Part shown: piece by piece, positions 27,018-40,466 of the stretch
How positions within the stretch are numbered: the first letter of the stretch is position 1
How the letters are laid out: each line of letters begins with the position of its first letter
NCBI RefSeq assembly: GCF_006345805.1
Contig: NC_043004.1
Span: forward strand, 19,034,001 to 19,098,000
DNA length: 64,000 bases
DNA from: Octopus sinensis
Taxonomy: Eukaryota
Direction: 5' to 3'
The notes under the pieces: model-generated
Seen by the model: the letters and a program-made list of their open reading frames with translations, nothing else
Database searches by the model: none
Told to the model about the DNA's origin: nothing
Translations under genes and position numbers: made by a program

Positions 27018-27112
27018 CTTATAGATCACGAAAGGCTGAAAGGCAAAGAAGGCCTCCGTAGATTTTGAACTCAGAAGGTAAAGGCAGAGGAAATGCTGAT
27101 GTGCTAATGATC
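27018..27112 (-). CDS. Candidate internal exon, product unknown
   Basis: Acceptor tctctgtgctttgcctgcag| and donor AAG|gtatac; 95 bp, open phase 1-0 (SLAHQHFLCLYLLSSKSTEAFFAFQPFVIYK). Confidence 0.2.
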
Positions 27113-28690
27113 CTGCAGGCAAAGCACAGAGACTTTCTAACTATATCATCTTCTCTCAGTGGAGCATAATAGACGTCATACACCAGCATTCAGCTGAGTC
27201 GGTACTTAACAACATAAAATAAAGGATCCGATCCAAAAATTGAATGCATGGCTTACGACAAGTGAGCCGATCTCTTCAGCCAAGAAACCAATGACTTTCA
27301 CATACATTCACACATAATTTATAACCAGAATATGATTCTAAATATGATACCTAAACTATATATTTAAGTTATACAACGTGTATACGCCAAAGCCAAAGAG
27401 CGCTATTTATCTGTTGACTTGAAACAAGGTTATCTCTAAATTGGGTTTTTTGTTCCTAAAAGTACATCATATCTATACAAAATATTTGACATAACTGTAT
27501 TTAGAAGCTAATGTTTTGGTGCGATAGTTGATAATTACTATTTGCTGAATATTTTTTTGTATTGTATTATGTCATATGATTAGCTTTCTCCTACTCAGAA
27601 ATTGAATTTAAGTAAAGCCAATTTGAAGCTATGAAAAAACTGTGGAGTGAGAGAAATTTTTTTCCTGTCGCTAACAGTTTCGATTTTCGGCCGGTTCATT
27701 TTTTGCACACAGTTAATATATCTGTTCTTAGTCATAAATAATAAATGTTCTAAGGCGATGGCTGTAGAATTTGATTGCTGGTCTTAGAAAGAATTTATGA
27801 TTGCTGGTCTTAGAAAGACATTATGTACTTTAACTTCTGAATTGAAATCTCATCAGAGTAAACATTATATGTCAGTATATCAGCAAAATTTTGGAGATGA
27901 TTCAATAGTTCTTCTTTATGACTATTCAAAAATTGTTGTTCTAAGTACCACGTTGTGAGCAACTAAAATTAATTGAAATCTTGGTGAGACTGATTCTATG
28001 AACAACGGGCTTCGCAGTTAATCACATTTCACGGCTTTCACTCCAAATTGCTCTGTATGAAAGTATCATCATGATACAAAAAAGTTAATCGGAATATCTT
28101 TAATAGTTTACTTATTTCAGTTATATGCTGGAGCATCTCCTCGAACATTTAATCGAATGAATTGACTCAGCACATTTTAAAGCCCAGTTCTTATTCTATC
28201 GGTCTCTTTTCGTCAAACTGTTAAGTTACTAGGACTTTTCCTTCATCAGCACAGAATAACTGTTCGGCTAGAAGTGGCACTGCTAAATTCTTGTTGGAAA
28301 TATATAGTTTTCAAAGTGACACACAGTTACTGATATAATAGAATATTAAATTACTATGTGCAAATCTCTGAACGAGAGACATTCAATAACAGCATTCTAC
28401 AGTAATATATATATATATATTTAAATAATACAAAAGCATTCTTCTTCCACTTCACACATTTTAAATATTTTTGTATTTTCCTATATTTTATATATTCTTT
28501 TCTCTTTTCAGTATATATATTTAGCAACGAGTAAAACATACATTTTTCAGTTTGAAATCGGCTACTTGAAGCTGGAAACTCACTTCAGAGTAGCTCACTG
28601 TAAACATTATTATTAAGATTAAAACAAAAATTATCCCCTCAAAAAAGCCATTTATACTCATTCTTTCAAAGATATATGTGTATATGTTTG

Positions 28691-28740
<50 letters not shown>

Positions 28741-28775
28741 CATACATACATATATACATTCATACATACATACAT

Positions 28776-28835
<60 letters not shown>

Positions 28836-28954
28836 TATATATGTATGTATGTATGTATATACGTACATACATATATATATATATAATATATATATATTAT
28901 ATATATATAAATGCACATACACACAGACACTTGCACACATACGCACAAACACAC

Positions 28955-29125
28955 ACATATGCCGGGCTTGCTTCTTTCAATTTCTGTCTATCAAATCCAC
29001 TCACGAGGTTTTAGTCGGCGCGAGGCTATAGTTGAAGAGACTTGCTCAAGGCGCCACGCACCGGGACTGGTGGAACTCAGAACCAAATGGTTAGGAAGCA
29101 AACTTCTTACCACACATCCACACCG
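28955..29125 (-). mobile_element. tRNA-derived SINE (family B)
   Basis: GGGCTTGCTTCTTTCAATTTCTGTCTATCAAATCCACTCACGAGG...GAACCAAATGGTTAGGAAGCAAACTTCTTACCACACA; homologous to 16495 and 39195. Confidence 0.7.
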
Positions 29126-30224
29126 GTTGAAAACCTCTAATGTCTGAGAAAAGCCTTAATATATTACCTTCAGATTTTCATAATATAAGGTGATTATTTA
29201 CGTAACTGATGAAAGATATAAATATATTAAACATCAAGGAGGTTGATAGTTTTGGTACTTCCTGTTAAAGATCAGCGAAACTAATCCTGTCATTTATTTT
29301 TTGCAGAAGAATAGAATATTCTAGAATATCACAAAATTAATTGAGATTCATCATTTACATATGAATTCAGTTGGATAGAGTGGTTATAAAATTAAAACTT
29401 TGGAATATTTATTCAAAATTGAATAAAGTAATATCTAACAATTATTTCCAGCTGATTACATATAACATAAAAAAAACATAAAAAGCGGTGTTTGTGAGGA
29501 AGTCAATGTAGTAAAGCTGCCATCTTTTAAAAACAAGTAATGCAATTTGTGTATCAAAATGCTGAAATGAATAGAAATTTACATTTGCTAAATATAATGG
29601 CAATACTTCATACAATAATTTCCATTGTCTTTTTTTCTCTCAGAATTTACCAATATCATTTATATTCTATTTTGTTCAGTGGTAACTTTTAAACTATTTT
29701 CTCCACCTTACGTATTAGCGATAAGGCAGGGGAACACAATTCTAAAGTACCTCTAGTCTGCACATAAACATATTATCTGCCATTACACACAGACGAACAA
29801 ATACATGTATACACTTAAATTTGTATACAAACACACCCAGATACACACATAGGCACACACGCGCGCGCGCACGCACACGAACACTACAAGCATTGATTCT
29901 GCCATTTGCACATGTATAGTATCTAGTATATCTTATAATTGTATCGACAGTGTCTTTGAAGTTTCTCGGAATAAGTGGGGTATTCGAGTTGTCTGATTGT
30001 TTGAATAATCTACATGTTACAAGTATACACACACATACATCTGTATATTTGCGTATACTACCTATGTATATATTATGTATGTCTTGCATGCATGTATTGT
30101 GTTTGCATATATATATATATAATATATATATATATATATACATATATATACATATATAATATATATATACATATATATATATATATAATATATATATTAT
30201 ATATATATATATTAATATATATAT

Positions 30225-31090
30225 ATGCATTTTGGAAGAAACTCCTCACTAAAACAGCCATACTCTCTTCCTTCAGGGGAACCGCTCACAGCCTCTAACA
30301 ATATCAGAGACCTGGGTGTAATTGTTGATGACGATCTCAGTTGGAGTGCACACATCAACAAGAAGGTCGATATAGCTCGTAAGATGAGTTCCTGGATCTT
30401 AAGAAATTTCCGGTCCAGAGAACAAGGTGTCATCATACCACTTTTTCCCTCCTTTGTACGGCCACACCTTGAATACTGCTGCCCACTGTGGTCTCCTCAC
30501 ACAAGACAAAACATCTCCAGAATTGAGTCACCCCAGAGGGCACTCACTAAACGCATTGAAGGCATGGCTGCTCTCGATTATTGGGATCGCTTTAAAGCCT
30601 TGAAACTTTACTCCCTCCAGCGTCGCCGTGAGCGGTACATCATGTGTACGATGTGGAAAATATACCGCCAACTTTGCCCAAACGACTTAAACATTAGCTT
30701 CAAGGTTCATCCAAGACTTGGACCACGGGCTATACGTCCCCTGCCCAATTCAAGATCACAACATACATGTACACTGCAACATAATTTCTTTTCCTCAACG
30801 GGCCCTGCCCTATTTAACATTGTCCCGAGAGAGATCAAAGAGGAAAAGGATCCCATCAACTTTAAACAGAGTCTGGATAGATTCCTTCAAAGAATACCAG
30901 ATAAGCCACCCATAATTGGATATAACTCACCCAACAAGAACTCACTACTTGAACAAAACTGGATACAACTCACCCAACAAGAACTCACTACTTGAACAAA
31001 ACTTGACTTAAACAGGATTCGAATAATCCTATCAGGTGGTGCTATTAAGTTAGACATGGCCTGGACCAATCTTTGGTCGAAACATATCTA
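30225..31090 (+). mobile_element. 5'-truncated CR1-group LINE (ORF2 C-terminal 256 aa open)
   Basis: MHFGR...IRDLGVIVDDDLSWSAHI...FVRPHLEYCCPLWSP...YWDRFKALKLYSLQRRRERY...GPALFNIVP; tail (TATCTAAGTT)2. Confidence 0.9.
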
Positions 31091-31106
31091 AGTTTATCTA
31101 AGTTTA

Positions 31107-31143
<37 letters not shown>

Positions 31144-31149
31144 TATATA

Positions 31150-31447
31150 TGTTATTTCGCGCCCTTTTCAAGCCTATCCACGCTCATGGGCCCGCTTTCC
31201 AGGTTTCTACGGCGTATGTGTTCCCCCCAGCTGGATGGGACGTGGGGCCATTGCAGCGTTACTGGAAGAAAGAGTGAAATAAAATTGGGGCGAAAGAGTA
31301 AAACAGGAATGCCCTCCACCCTGCCGGAGTCTCGTGGAGCTTTAGGTGTTTTCGCTCAATAAACACACACAACGCCCGCTCTGGGAATCGAAACTGCGAT
31401 CCTCCGACCGCGTGTCCGCTGCCCTAACCACTCGGCCATTGCGCCTC

Positions 31448-31450
<3 letters not shown>
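31150..31450 (-). mobile_element. tRNA-derived SINE (family E)
   Basis: Minus head GTGGAGGCGCAATGGCCGAGTGGTTAGGGCAGCGG...GTTTCGATTCCC (A and B boxes); the same head recurs at 53.84 and 54.13 kb. Confidence 0.75.
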
Positions 31451-31497
<47 letters not shown>

Positions 31498-31534
31498 AAA
31501 TGTTATATATATATATATAATATATATATATATA

Positions 31535-32810
31535 CTGGGTGGGGAAGCAAAATTTACAATATTTTGAGATAGGGCTTGAAAGACAGTGTATGACCAATTA
31601 GTATAATGAAAGTCATGTGAATTTATTTGCCACAAGAAAATTTACATAATAATAAATGTTTTTATTCTATGTGTCCTCCTTCTTTCTTAATAACTGCCTT
31701 CACACGCTTCCTGAAACTTGCACAAGTGTTCCTCAAATATTCGGGAGACAACTTCTCCCATTCTTCTTGAATAGTATCTTTAAGAGAGTCGACATTGCTG
31801 TTCAATGTTCTAAAATGCCCCAAATAGCATAATCCAAAGGGTTTAGATCTTGGCTAGAAGGCGGCCCTAAAGATGATTAAAAAAAATTGCTAAAGTTGGA
31901 TTTGCAGAAATCTTGTATTTTTCCAGATGTGTGGGCTGGAGCACCATCTTGTTTCCATACATAATTACCATCTGGGTAGTTTGCTTTAAGCCATGGCAAT
32001 ACCTGGTTTCTCAGAGGAGTCTTGTAGTAAGTATTAACACTGATCTTTTCATCAGCTTTGTAGAATTTTATAGTCCTTTTCTTTCCACTGGAAGCCACAA
32101 CAACAAAAGCCAAACTTGAGCAGGATGTTTTGTTTTGAATGTCCCCTTAACCTCAGCTGTCGATTTTGCAATAAATCTGTTATTTCTGCAGTTCAGAACA
32201 GCATCAACAGTGAAGATCTTTTCATTTGAAAAGATCTTTACAAAGGAGGACTTTTTCTTGAGCTATGTAATAATTTTCTTTCACCTTTCCAATCCCTTTT
32301 CCTTCATAGCTGTTGTCAACAAGTGTTTTGGTGTTCTTGTGTAAGATTTTAACCTCAAATCATATTTTACTGCATGTCTAATGGTCTTGTTGTCTTCCTC
32401 AAGTTCAATTGCCATTTTACTCGTGGATTTGGTTGAATCCTTTAGGACTTTTGATTTGAGAGCTTTAATAAAAGCTTTGGTACGTTCTTTGTTGATTCCT
32501 CCACTTCCAGACTTCCTCGTTAAAGTTTTGCTCATAGCCATTCTATTCTTTACATTATAAACAGTCATTATGGACACTCCAACTATTCTTGAAATCTCCT
32601 TTGGTGTAATGAGTCCATTCAGCTAATCACTCACTCTTTGATGTTTGCTTTCCTGATGACTCATATGGGCAAAAGTTTCTGAAAAGGTAAGGGTAATAGT
32701 GTTAAGTATGATTATGACATCAGTATATGCTAGGTTTCAAAGGAATTGACCTAGTGCCAGCTGAGAAAAAACAACTTAACTTTCATTGTAAATTTTGCTT
32801 CCCCACCTTG
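31535..32810 (-). mobile_element. Tc1/mariner transposon, DD37D (maT-like), 1276 bp
   Basis: TIRs TA|CTGGGTGGGGAAGCAAAATTTACAAT ... ATTGTAAATTTTGCTTCCCCACCTTG|TA; TA TSD; disrupted transposase inside. Confidence 0.92.
31662..32664 (-). pseudogene. DD37D transposase pseudogene
   Basis: MSHQESKHQRVSD*LNGLITPKEISRIVGVSIMTVYNVK (HTH) ... WKQDGAPAHTS...PPSSQDLNPLDYAIWG...GGHIE*. Counting gives 37 codons between the last two catalytic D; several stops and frameshifts. Confidence 0.88.
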
Positions 32811-34352
32811 TAGAGAGAGGGGGAGAGGGAGAGAAAGAGAGAGAGAGGGGGAGAGAGAGAAAGAGAGACAGGGGGAGAGACAGGGGGGAGACAGAATGCA
32901 GGAGATAGAGAGCAAAGAGAGAGAATGAGAGTGAGAGAGAGAGAGATGCCACTTCTCGCAATTTGAAGTATTTTAAAGAAAATACGATGAGTCATTTCTA
33001 AACGTAGCGTCAGTGCTTTTTTTATAAATCACGTTTTACCGAGACTAAACCTTTGCCTGAGGTTTTAATCAACCATTCGAGTAAGAAAATTGCAGGAAAT
33101 CATTTCTTTAAGGCAACTAAAGCTATGTGCTTAGTTATTCAAACCTATCATTTTGAAAAGAATATATTTTATACGTTTCTAATTTACTCATTCTTGTAAT
33201 TTATTTACTTTTGTAATCTACTTACAAAATTACATATAATTCCTTATCGGAAATACATTGTCTTTAAATATATCATTGCAATATATTATTGTAATTATCT
33301 GACAATTATGACATATTAAGCGCTAAATTTAATTACCTCTTATATTTTAAACTCAGACAAGTCAAACATGAAATATTCTTGTTTCATAACCTACAGTTAC
33401 AAATTACAATTTTATTACAGCACTCATATCCATACCAATTATACTAATATGCTAGGCTTATTATCAACGACGTACTTGTTATATATTCAAAGTAACTAAT
33501 TAGACTCTTGGAAATAATTCTCCTACAAATTTCGAGCAAATTTCCATCTTCTTTAATTCGTACTAGTTTCACTATATACAATATATTCGTTTTTCAAAGG
33601 GGTAAGATGAATTTGTGAATGATATAACTTTCCATTTCAAAATTTGATAAATATTATCCAAAATATACAGGACACTTGTATAAACTTTTCATATTTTTAA
33701 AGACGAGCCAAAAGCCTGTCAATGTCAATGGAAGTCTAAGTGGGTATGACATTCACTAACTCTAGCGAGAAATAGGTATTTTTATTAGACTTGAAAAATT
33801 AGAAACTTTCAATAAGACCATCAATAAGCACTTTTGTGTAACTAAGACATATTTCACCAAAAGGTAAGTGCATCTCAAATTACTTAGACTTGTAAATACG
33901 AGTTAACACATTGACAATCATTTTGATCGTAAGGAAATGGGAAAATACAAAAGTGAAGATTTTAAAACGTATTTTTAAACCTTAGTTTCAATAGTCACGA
34001 AAAAAGTTTCGACCTAAATTGGTTGATTAATTAATAACCGAATATAGTATGTCACTTTAAATTATAAAACTATGATTCTGTGTGTCATCAATTAAACAAA
34101 ATTTAAATAGCTTGATTGATTTTGGTACTTAGTTACTGGAGTTTTATTTTCTATCAAATGACTGATATACCTATACTAATTACGCTACCATATCCCCCCC
34201 CCCCGAGTTTAAGATTTTGACGTGTAAGCTATAACAAAGATTAATGATAACAGAAGCTACAAAACAATTTTAAAGATTTATAGCATTGCTTTTAACGACA
34301 TAGTGGAAGAATTTATATATATATATATGTGTGTGTGTGGTATGTGTGTGTA

Positions 34353-34385
<33 letters not shown>

Positions 34386-34386
34386 G

Positions 34387-34456
<70 letters not shown>

Positions 34457-34460
<4 letters not shown>

Positions 34461-34855
34461 CATTGCCGTTTATGTTTTTCGCGAAGTAATTAAATGCGTA
34501 AATGGAATGTAATTTCATCAAGCCTAAAAATACTCACGGTTTACGAAGATTTTCCCTTTTCTATTAAAACCAGAAAGGAGAAAGCTAATTCGAAGACTAC
34601 AGATCCAATCCATCACTGGAACTGTAATAATCTGTAAAACTTTCCTGAAGATTATCATTTAAAAATATAGAAGCACGTCTAGATATGCAACTATATGCAT
34701 GAGAATACATACATAAAGCAAAACATACGAATCTGCACATATACATATACGCATACATACAAATATAAATACATACACACAGACTTACATATAAATACAT
34801 ACATACACACATACATACATACATACATACAAACATACATACATACATACATACA

Positions 34856-34889
<34 letters not shown>

Positions 34890-35275
34890 CACAAATAAAA
34901 ATACCCTGTTGTTGACGTTAAAATTCCAATGAAGGTGCCTTGCATCTAGGTTAGAAACGGGCTCTTTCTCTAATGGCAAGAAAGCTTGAAATAAAACTGA
35001 ACAATGTCTCACATATACTTACATATATACAAATAGATTGAAGCAAAACAAGAAAACGCAAAATATTTGCATCGCTCGAAAAAGACTTTTAATGTAGATA
35101 GAGAATTTAAACACACACACACACGCACACGCACATACACACACAGACACACACACACACGCACCACACACGCACACATATTCTCTATCTAAATTCATAT
35201 TCTCTTTCTAAACTAAATGTCTTTATCGAGTGATGCCAACTGTTGGTCGAAAGCAGCGAACAACATAGTATCAGG

Positions 35276-35338
<63 letters not shown>

Positions 35339-36169
35339 ATATATATATATGAAACATTGCCGTTTATGTTTTTCGCGAAGTAATTAAATGCGTAAATGGA
35401 ATGTAATTTCATCAAGCCTAAAAATACTCACGGTTTACGAAGATTTTCCCTTTTCTATTAAAACCAGAAAGGAGAAAGCTAATTCGAAGACTACAGATCC
35501 AATCCATCACTGGAACTGTAATAATCTGTAAAACTTTCCTGAAGATTATCATTTAAAAATATAGAAGCACGTCTAGATATGCAACTATATGCATGAGAAT
35601 ACATACATAAAGCAAAACATACGAATCTGCACATATACATATACGCATACATACAAATAAATACATACACACAGACTTACATATAAATACATACATACAC
35701 ACATACATACATACATACATACAAACATACATACATACATACATACATACATACATACATACATACATACATACATACATACACAAATAAAAATACCCTG
35801 TTGTTGACGTTAAAATTCCAATGAAGGTGCCTTGCATCTAGGTTAGAAACGGGCTCTTTCTCTAATGGCAAGAAAGCTTGAAATAAAACTGAACAATGTC
35901 TCACATATACTTACATATATACAAATAGATTGAAGCAAAACAAGAAAACGCAAAATATTTGCATCGCTCGAAAAAGACTTTTAATGTAGATAGAGAATTT
36001 AAACACACACACACACGCACACGCACATACACACACACAGACACACACACACACGCACCACACACGCACACATATTCTCTATCTAAATTCATATTCTCTT
36101 TCTAAACTAAATGTCTTTATCGAGTGATGCCAACTGTTGGTCGAAAGCAGCGAACAACATAGTATCAGG
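34457..36169. repeat. Near-identical tandem duplication of ~820 bp between (TA)n tracts
   Basis: 34457-35275 vs 35351-36169, from GAAACATTGCCG to GTATCAGG; differences seen only in microsatellite-like stretches. Confidence 0.92.
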
Positions 36170-36336
36170 TATATATATATATATATAATATATATATATA
36201 TATAAGATATATATATATATATATAATATATATATATATATTATATATATATATATATATGTATAATATATATATATGTATATATATGTATATATATCTA
36301 TATATATATGTATATATATATATATGTATATATATG

Positions 36337-36371
<35 letters not shown>

Positions 36372-36374
36372 GTA

Positions 36375-36414
<40 letters not shown>

Positions 36415-36466
36415 TATATATATATACATATATAAATATGTATGTATGTATATATGTATGAATATA

Positions 36467-36503
<37 letters not shown>

Positions 36504-37476
36504 ATATGTGGGCGTGTGTGTGCATGTTATATTTAATCCTTGTATTGACCGGTGTGTTAGAACGTGTTGTCCATGTATTCATATATTTTATCGATTTCTG
36601 TTCATCGAACAGTTGACATAACCTATTTTAGAGAAATCTCTTTAATGGCTTTAGTTACGATATGGCCATACAAATACATAGAGCCCACATATATTCAAAC
36701 AAACTCACTAAAACGCTCCACCTGTAACACCCACGTATATAGATTTTGTCTTTCAACTTTTACTTGTTTCAGTCTTTGGATTGCGGCCATGCTGGGGCAT
36801 ATGTTTTAAGTATTTAGTCGTATGAATTTCTCCCATTTACATACATGTGTGTTTGTATGTGTGTGCGGTGTGTGTGTATGGGGTGTATCTTTAAACATAC
36901 ACACTCATATATACACGCACACACACACATCATCTGGGTAATAACATTATAGCGTAATTTCCAAAGCTCCTAAACGGATATCGGTTACCATAAGCGATCA
37001 TATAAGGTAATCCTTCTTTTACTGGATATACATGTGGAAATCCGGGAATAATCGCAGAATTCATACCAAAGAATTTTAATACGGTATGGAATGGAAATAT
37101 TTAACTCAGATCACTAGAATTATTTCTGTGTTGATAATGGCTGTATTTGGGTGAGTGCTCTCAAACCTGCTCAAGTGAAGACGTGCAGGTACACATATAT
37201 TTTTTATCATATTCATGCAGGAATGTTTATATGTCTAATTCTCAGCAATTAGCAGAATAGAAAGAATTACAGCATAGAAATTGTTGTGATTTGGAGTAAA
37301 GCCGGTTCATTCAATTTTTATTAACATTATTCATTCCTAAATAAGTTTCCGTTTATTTCTTGTTAATTCCAAGTGCTCCTACTATCACTGTTATTGTAAC
37401 CGTCTTGAGATGCCACATAATTCCGATTTTCGGGGGCGTGTTGCATAGTGGTGTGTGTAGATCATAAATCTACTAT

Positions 37477-37810
37477 TTCATAGTATTTATGATTACCTGT
37501 CCGCCCTTTTTCTTTCGGTTAGCTTTGCTTTGGGTTCCGCTTTCTCAGCGTTTACATTTTTAACTGAACACTGCCTATGGACATGTGTTGCTGTTTCTTT
37601 CGTAGTTATAACAATAATTATGATTATCATTGATGTATCATTTATTTCATAGTATTTATGATTATCTGTCCGCCGTTCTTTCTCTTTTGGTTATTTTTGT
37701 CTTTGTTACGGATTCCGCTTTCACAGCGTTCACTTATTTAACTGAGCACCGCTCATGGATATGTGTTGATGTTTCTTTCGTGGTTATAATAATAAAAATC
37801 ATAATAATAA
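37477..37810. repeat. Diverged ~170-bp tandem duplication
   Basis: TTCATAGTATTTATGATTA(C/T)CTGTCCGCC...GTTTCTTTCGT(A/G)GTTATAA occurs twice with many substitutions. Confidence 0.8.
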
Positions 37811-37824
37811 CAATTATTATTATT

Positions 37825-37903
37825 CAGGTCACTACTTGGAATCGAACTCGGAGTCTTGGGGTTAGTAACCCGCGCTCTTAACCACTACGCCATATGCCCG
37901 TGG
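37825..37903 (-). mobile_element. tRNA-like SINE head with (AAT)n tail
   Basis: Minus GGCATATGGCGTAGTGGTTAAGAGCGCGGG...GAGTTCGATTCCAAG; A and B boxes but no complete acceptor stem. Confidence 0.65.
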
Positions 37904-37943
37904 GTTTCAGTTTTATTTTTTTATTTTATGTTAATTGTATTTT

Positions 37944-37987
37944 GGATAGAGTTGTTTCGTCACACTTCTGTACCTCATCAGTGATCC
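37944..37987 (-). ncRNA. Degenerate hammerhead-like motif
   Basis: CTGATGA-GGTACA-GAAG-TGTGAC-GAAAC-AACT-CTA; same family as 22305-22348. Confidence 0.4.
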
Positions 37988-38249
37988 TTTCCTTTCTTTC
38001 CTTTTTGTGTCTCTCCTTATGGCTAAACTGGCAACATGATTATCCCCAAATACAACAATATATATATATATATATATGGATTTACTCAACCACTTCGTTG
38101 CTTTCTTGATATAATAATAACTCCAGAGTATAATAAATTATGTTTACATCTCTGTACTAATATGCACGCGGCGCATTATATACACGAAAATGATTTTATG
38201 TAGAGCCAGTCTTACCTATGCTATTATAGCTCCTAATAATTTCATGGTC

Positions 38250-38288
<39 letters not shown>

Positions 38289-38299
38289 CATATTCTTCT

Positions 38300-38839
38300 A
38301 CTCTCTTACTACTTTGTTCCTTTACTTGTTTCACTCATTTGACTGGGTCCATACTGGCAGTATCGCTTGAAAAGAATTTTAGTCGAAGACATCGACCCCA
38401 AGACTGATTTCTTGTAAACCTTGTACTTATTCTATCGGTCTCTCCTGTCGAACTGCTAAGTTAGAGGGACGTGAACACACTAACATCGGTTGTCAAGCCT
38501 TGGTGATGGTGCAGCAAACACAGACACATCCACTCACATGCAAATATATATGTATATATGCCACGGACTTTCAGGTACCGTCATACCAAATTCCATACAA
38601 AAGGCTTTGGTCGGCCCGGTGCTATACTCTTTTTACTCTTTTATTTGTTTCAGACATTTCAGTGTGGTCATGTTGGAGCACCGACTTTAGTCGAGCAAAT
38701 CGACCCAGGACTTATTCTTTGCAAGCTCAGTACTTATTCAATTGGTCTCTGTTACCGAACCGCTAAGTTACGAGGACGTAAACACACCAGCATCGCTTGT
38801 CAAGCGATGTTGGGGGGGGGGACAATCACAGACACACAA

Positions 38840-38850
<11 letters not shown>
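38300..38850 (-). mobile_element. Two SINE copies (family A) at 38300-38530 and 38625-38850
   Basis: TTTTACTTGTTTCAG...CATGTTGGAGCACCG..TTTAGTCGAGCAAATCGACCCCAGGAC...CGCTAAGTTACG.GGACGTAAACACACCAGCATC. Confidence 0.75.
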
Positions 38851-38912
<62 letters not shown>

Positions 38913-39117
38913 CTTTATTTTAAGCAGCAGAAAATTCAACAAAATCTGTTACTCTGAGTTTCTCGTTGCCGTTCATCAGACAGTTTTTGCTAGAATGGAA
39001 CCGATATATCAATTCAATTGATATATCGGTTCCATTCTAGCAAAAACTGTCTGATGAACGGCAACGAGAAACTCAGAGTAACAGATTTTGTTGAATTTTC
39101 TGCTGCTTAAAATAAAG
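38913..39117. repeat. Perfect palindrome, 102-bp arms, 1-nt centre (C39015)
   Basis: CTTTATTTTAAGCAGCAG...GATATATCAATT-C-AATTGATATATC...CTGCTGCTTAAAATAAAG. Confidence 0.93.
39041..39090 (+). ncRNA. Minimal type I hammerhead-like ribozyme (mirror copy on - at 38940-38989)
   Basis: CAAAAACTGT-CTGATGA-A-CG-GCAA-CG-A-GAAA-CT-CAG-AGT-A-ACAGATTTTG: stem I 9 of 10 bp, GNRA loop II, GUA site, A.A at 10.1/11.1. Confidence 0.6.
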
Positions 39118-39194
39118 CATATTACTCTACCACTGGTATTTGAGTACTCTTTTTTCCACCTTGTTTCACATTTATGTGTTTACTCCGGTATACA

Positions 39195-39365
39195 TATATA
39201 CGACGGGCTTCTTTCAGTTTCCGTCTGTCAAATCCACTCACAAGGCTTTGGTCGGCCCGAGGCTATAGTAGAGGTCATTTGCCCAAGGTGCAACGCAGTG
39301 ATACGGAAACCGGAACCATGTGGTTGGTAAGCAAGCTACTTACCACACAGCCCCTCCTGCGCCTA
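39195..39365 (-). mobile_element. tRNA-derived SINE (family B)
   Basis: Minus head GGCGCAGGAGGGGCTGTGTGGTAAGTAGCTTG...CACATGGTTCCGG; tail GAAAGAAGCCCGTCGTATAT. Confidence 0.75.
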
Positions 39366-40311
39366 TAGTAGAAGATTCTTCTCGAAGTTGCCACTTAATG
39401 TTACTGAACCCGGAACCATGTGGTTGGGAACAAACATCTAACCACCCAGAATGCACAAATGTTTACAAACTTGTCATAAAAGAAAAACAATCGATATTCT
39501 AGCAGTATTACAACTTATATACATAACTCGACATAAACCAATTGAACTCCTTTACAGAATTGAAATCAAGCTTAATATTTATTGGCAAAATGTAAATACT
39601 CTTCAAACACGATCTCACACTATTTCTCTACAATACAATTCGCTACGTACCCTTTATGCATTAAAGTAAACTACTGAAAACATCAGAACACATTATGCAC
39701 TTTACAAAGAACGACAAACTTCGTTATCATAATCCCGTACATATCACTATATCAAGTATCACATCACACTATCTCACATATCTCCATTCTATAAAAAAAA
39801 AAAACAGAAACAGCTTAAGCCGTCACGAGTAATGTCTCCTTCGGTAACTTTTAATAGAGATAATTATTATTTTGGTAATTATATTGTTGGGGCTGTAGGT
39901 ATTCATGAGTATGCATGAAGAAATTTAGGTCAACATCTCTTACACTATGACAAACTATTGTTCAGCACGTTTTCCTCACTAGAGATTTTTCAGTTCAGAA
40001 ATATTCCGAAATATCACGGAATTCATTATCAGGATGTTATTAAGACTGAAAATTTCATCGTACTTTATGAACTTTATGAGATTTACTTGGTTATTACCAT
40101 ATTGTGAATGTATAGGAAGAAAGCGCCCAAGAGGCCATACTTCCATCCTAATTTTGCACCAAAAAGGATGCAAATTTTCTTTCTTTACAAGGTTAATGGC
40201 ATGTTATAGGTGGGTCACATTATCAAAATCACGAAAGAAACGCAATTGCTTGCCCCAGCCTGTGAAACTTGATCTTTTTCCTTTTGAAGTAATTGTAAAC
40301 TGCAATGCATA

Positions 40312-40354
<43 letters not shown>

Positions 40355-40466
40355 GATGCTGATGTTGCTGTTGCTGCTGCTGCTACTGCTGCTGCTACTG
40401 TAACTGCCACCACCAGCAGCACTTTCACGACGTTGAGAAATGTTTTATGATATTTAGTTACGGTAA

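Noticed and set aside
31380-37903. tRNA genes at 31380-31450 and 37825-37903
   Set aside because: A and B boxes are present, but there is no full cloverleaf, and they continue into SINE bodies or tails found in multiple copies.
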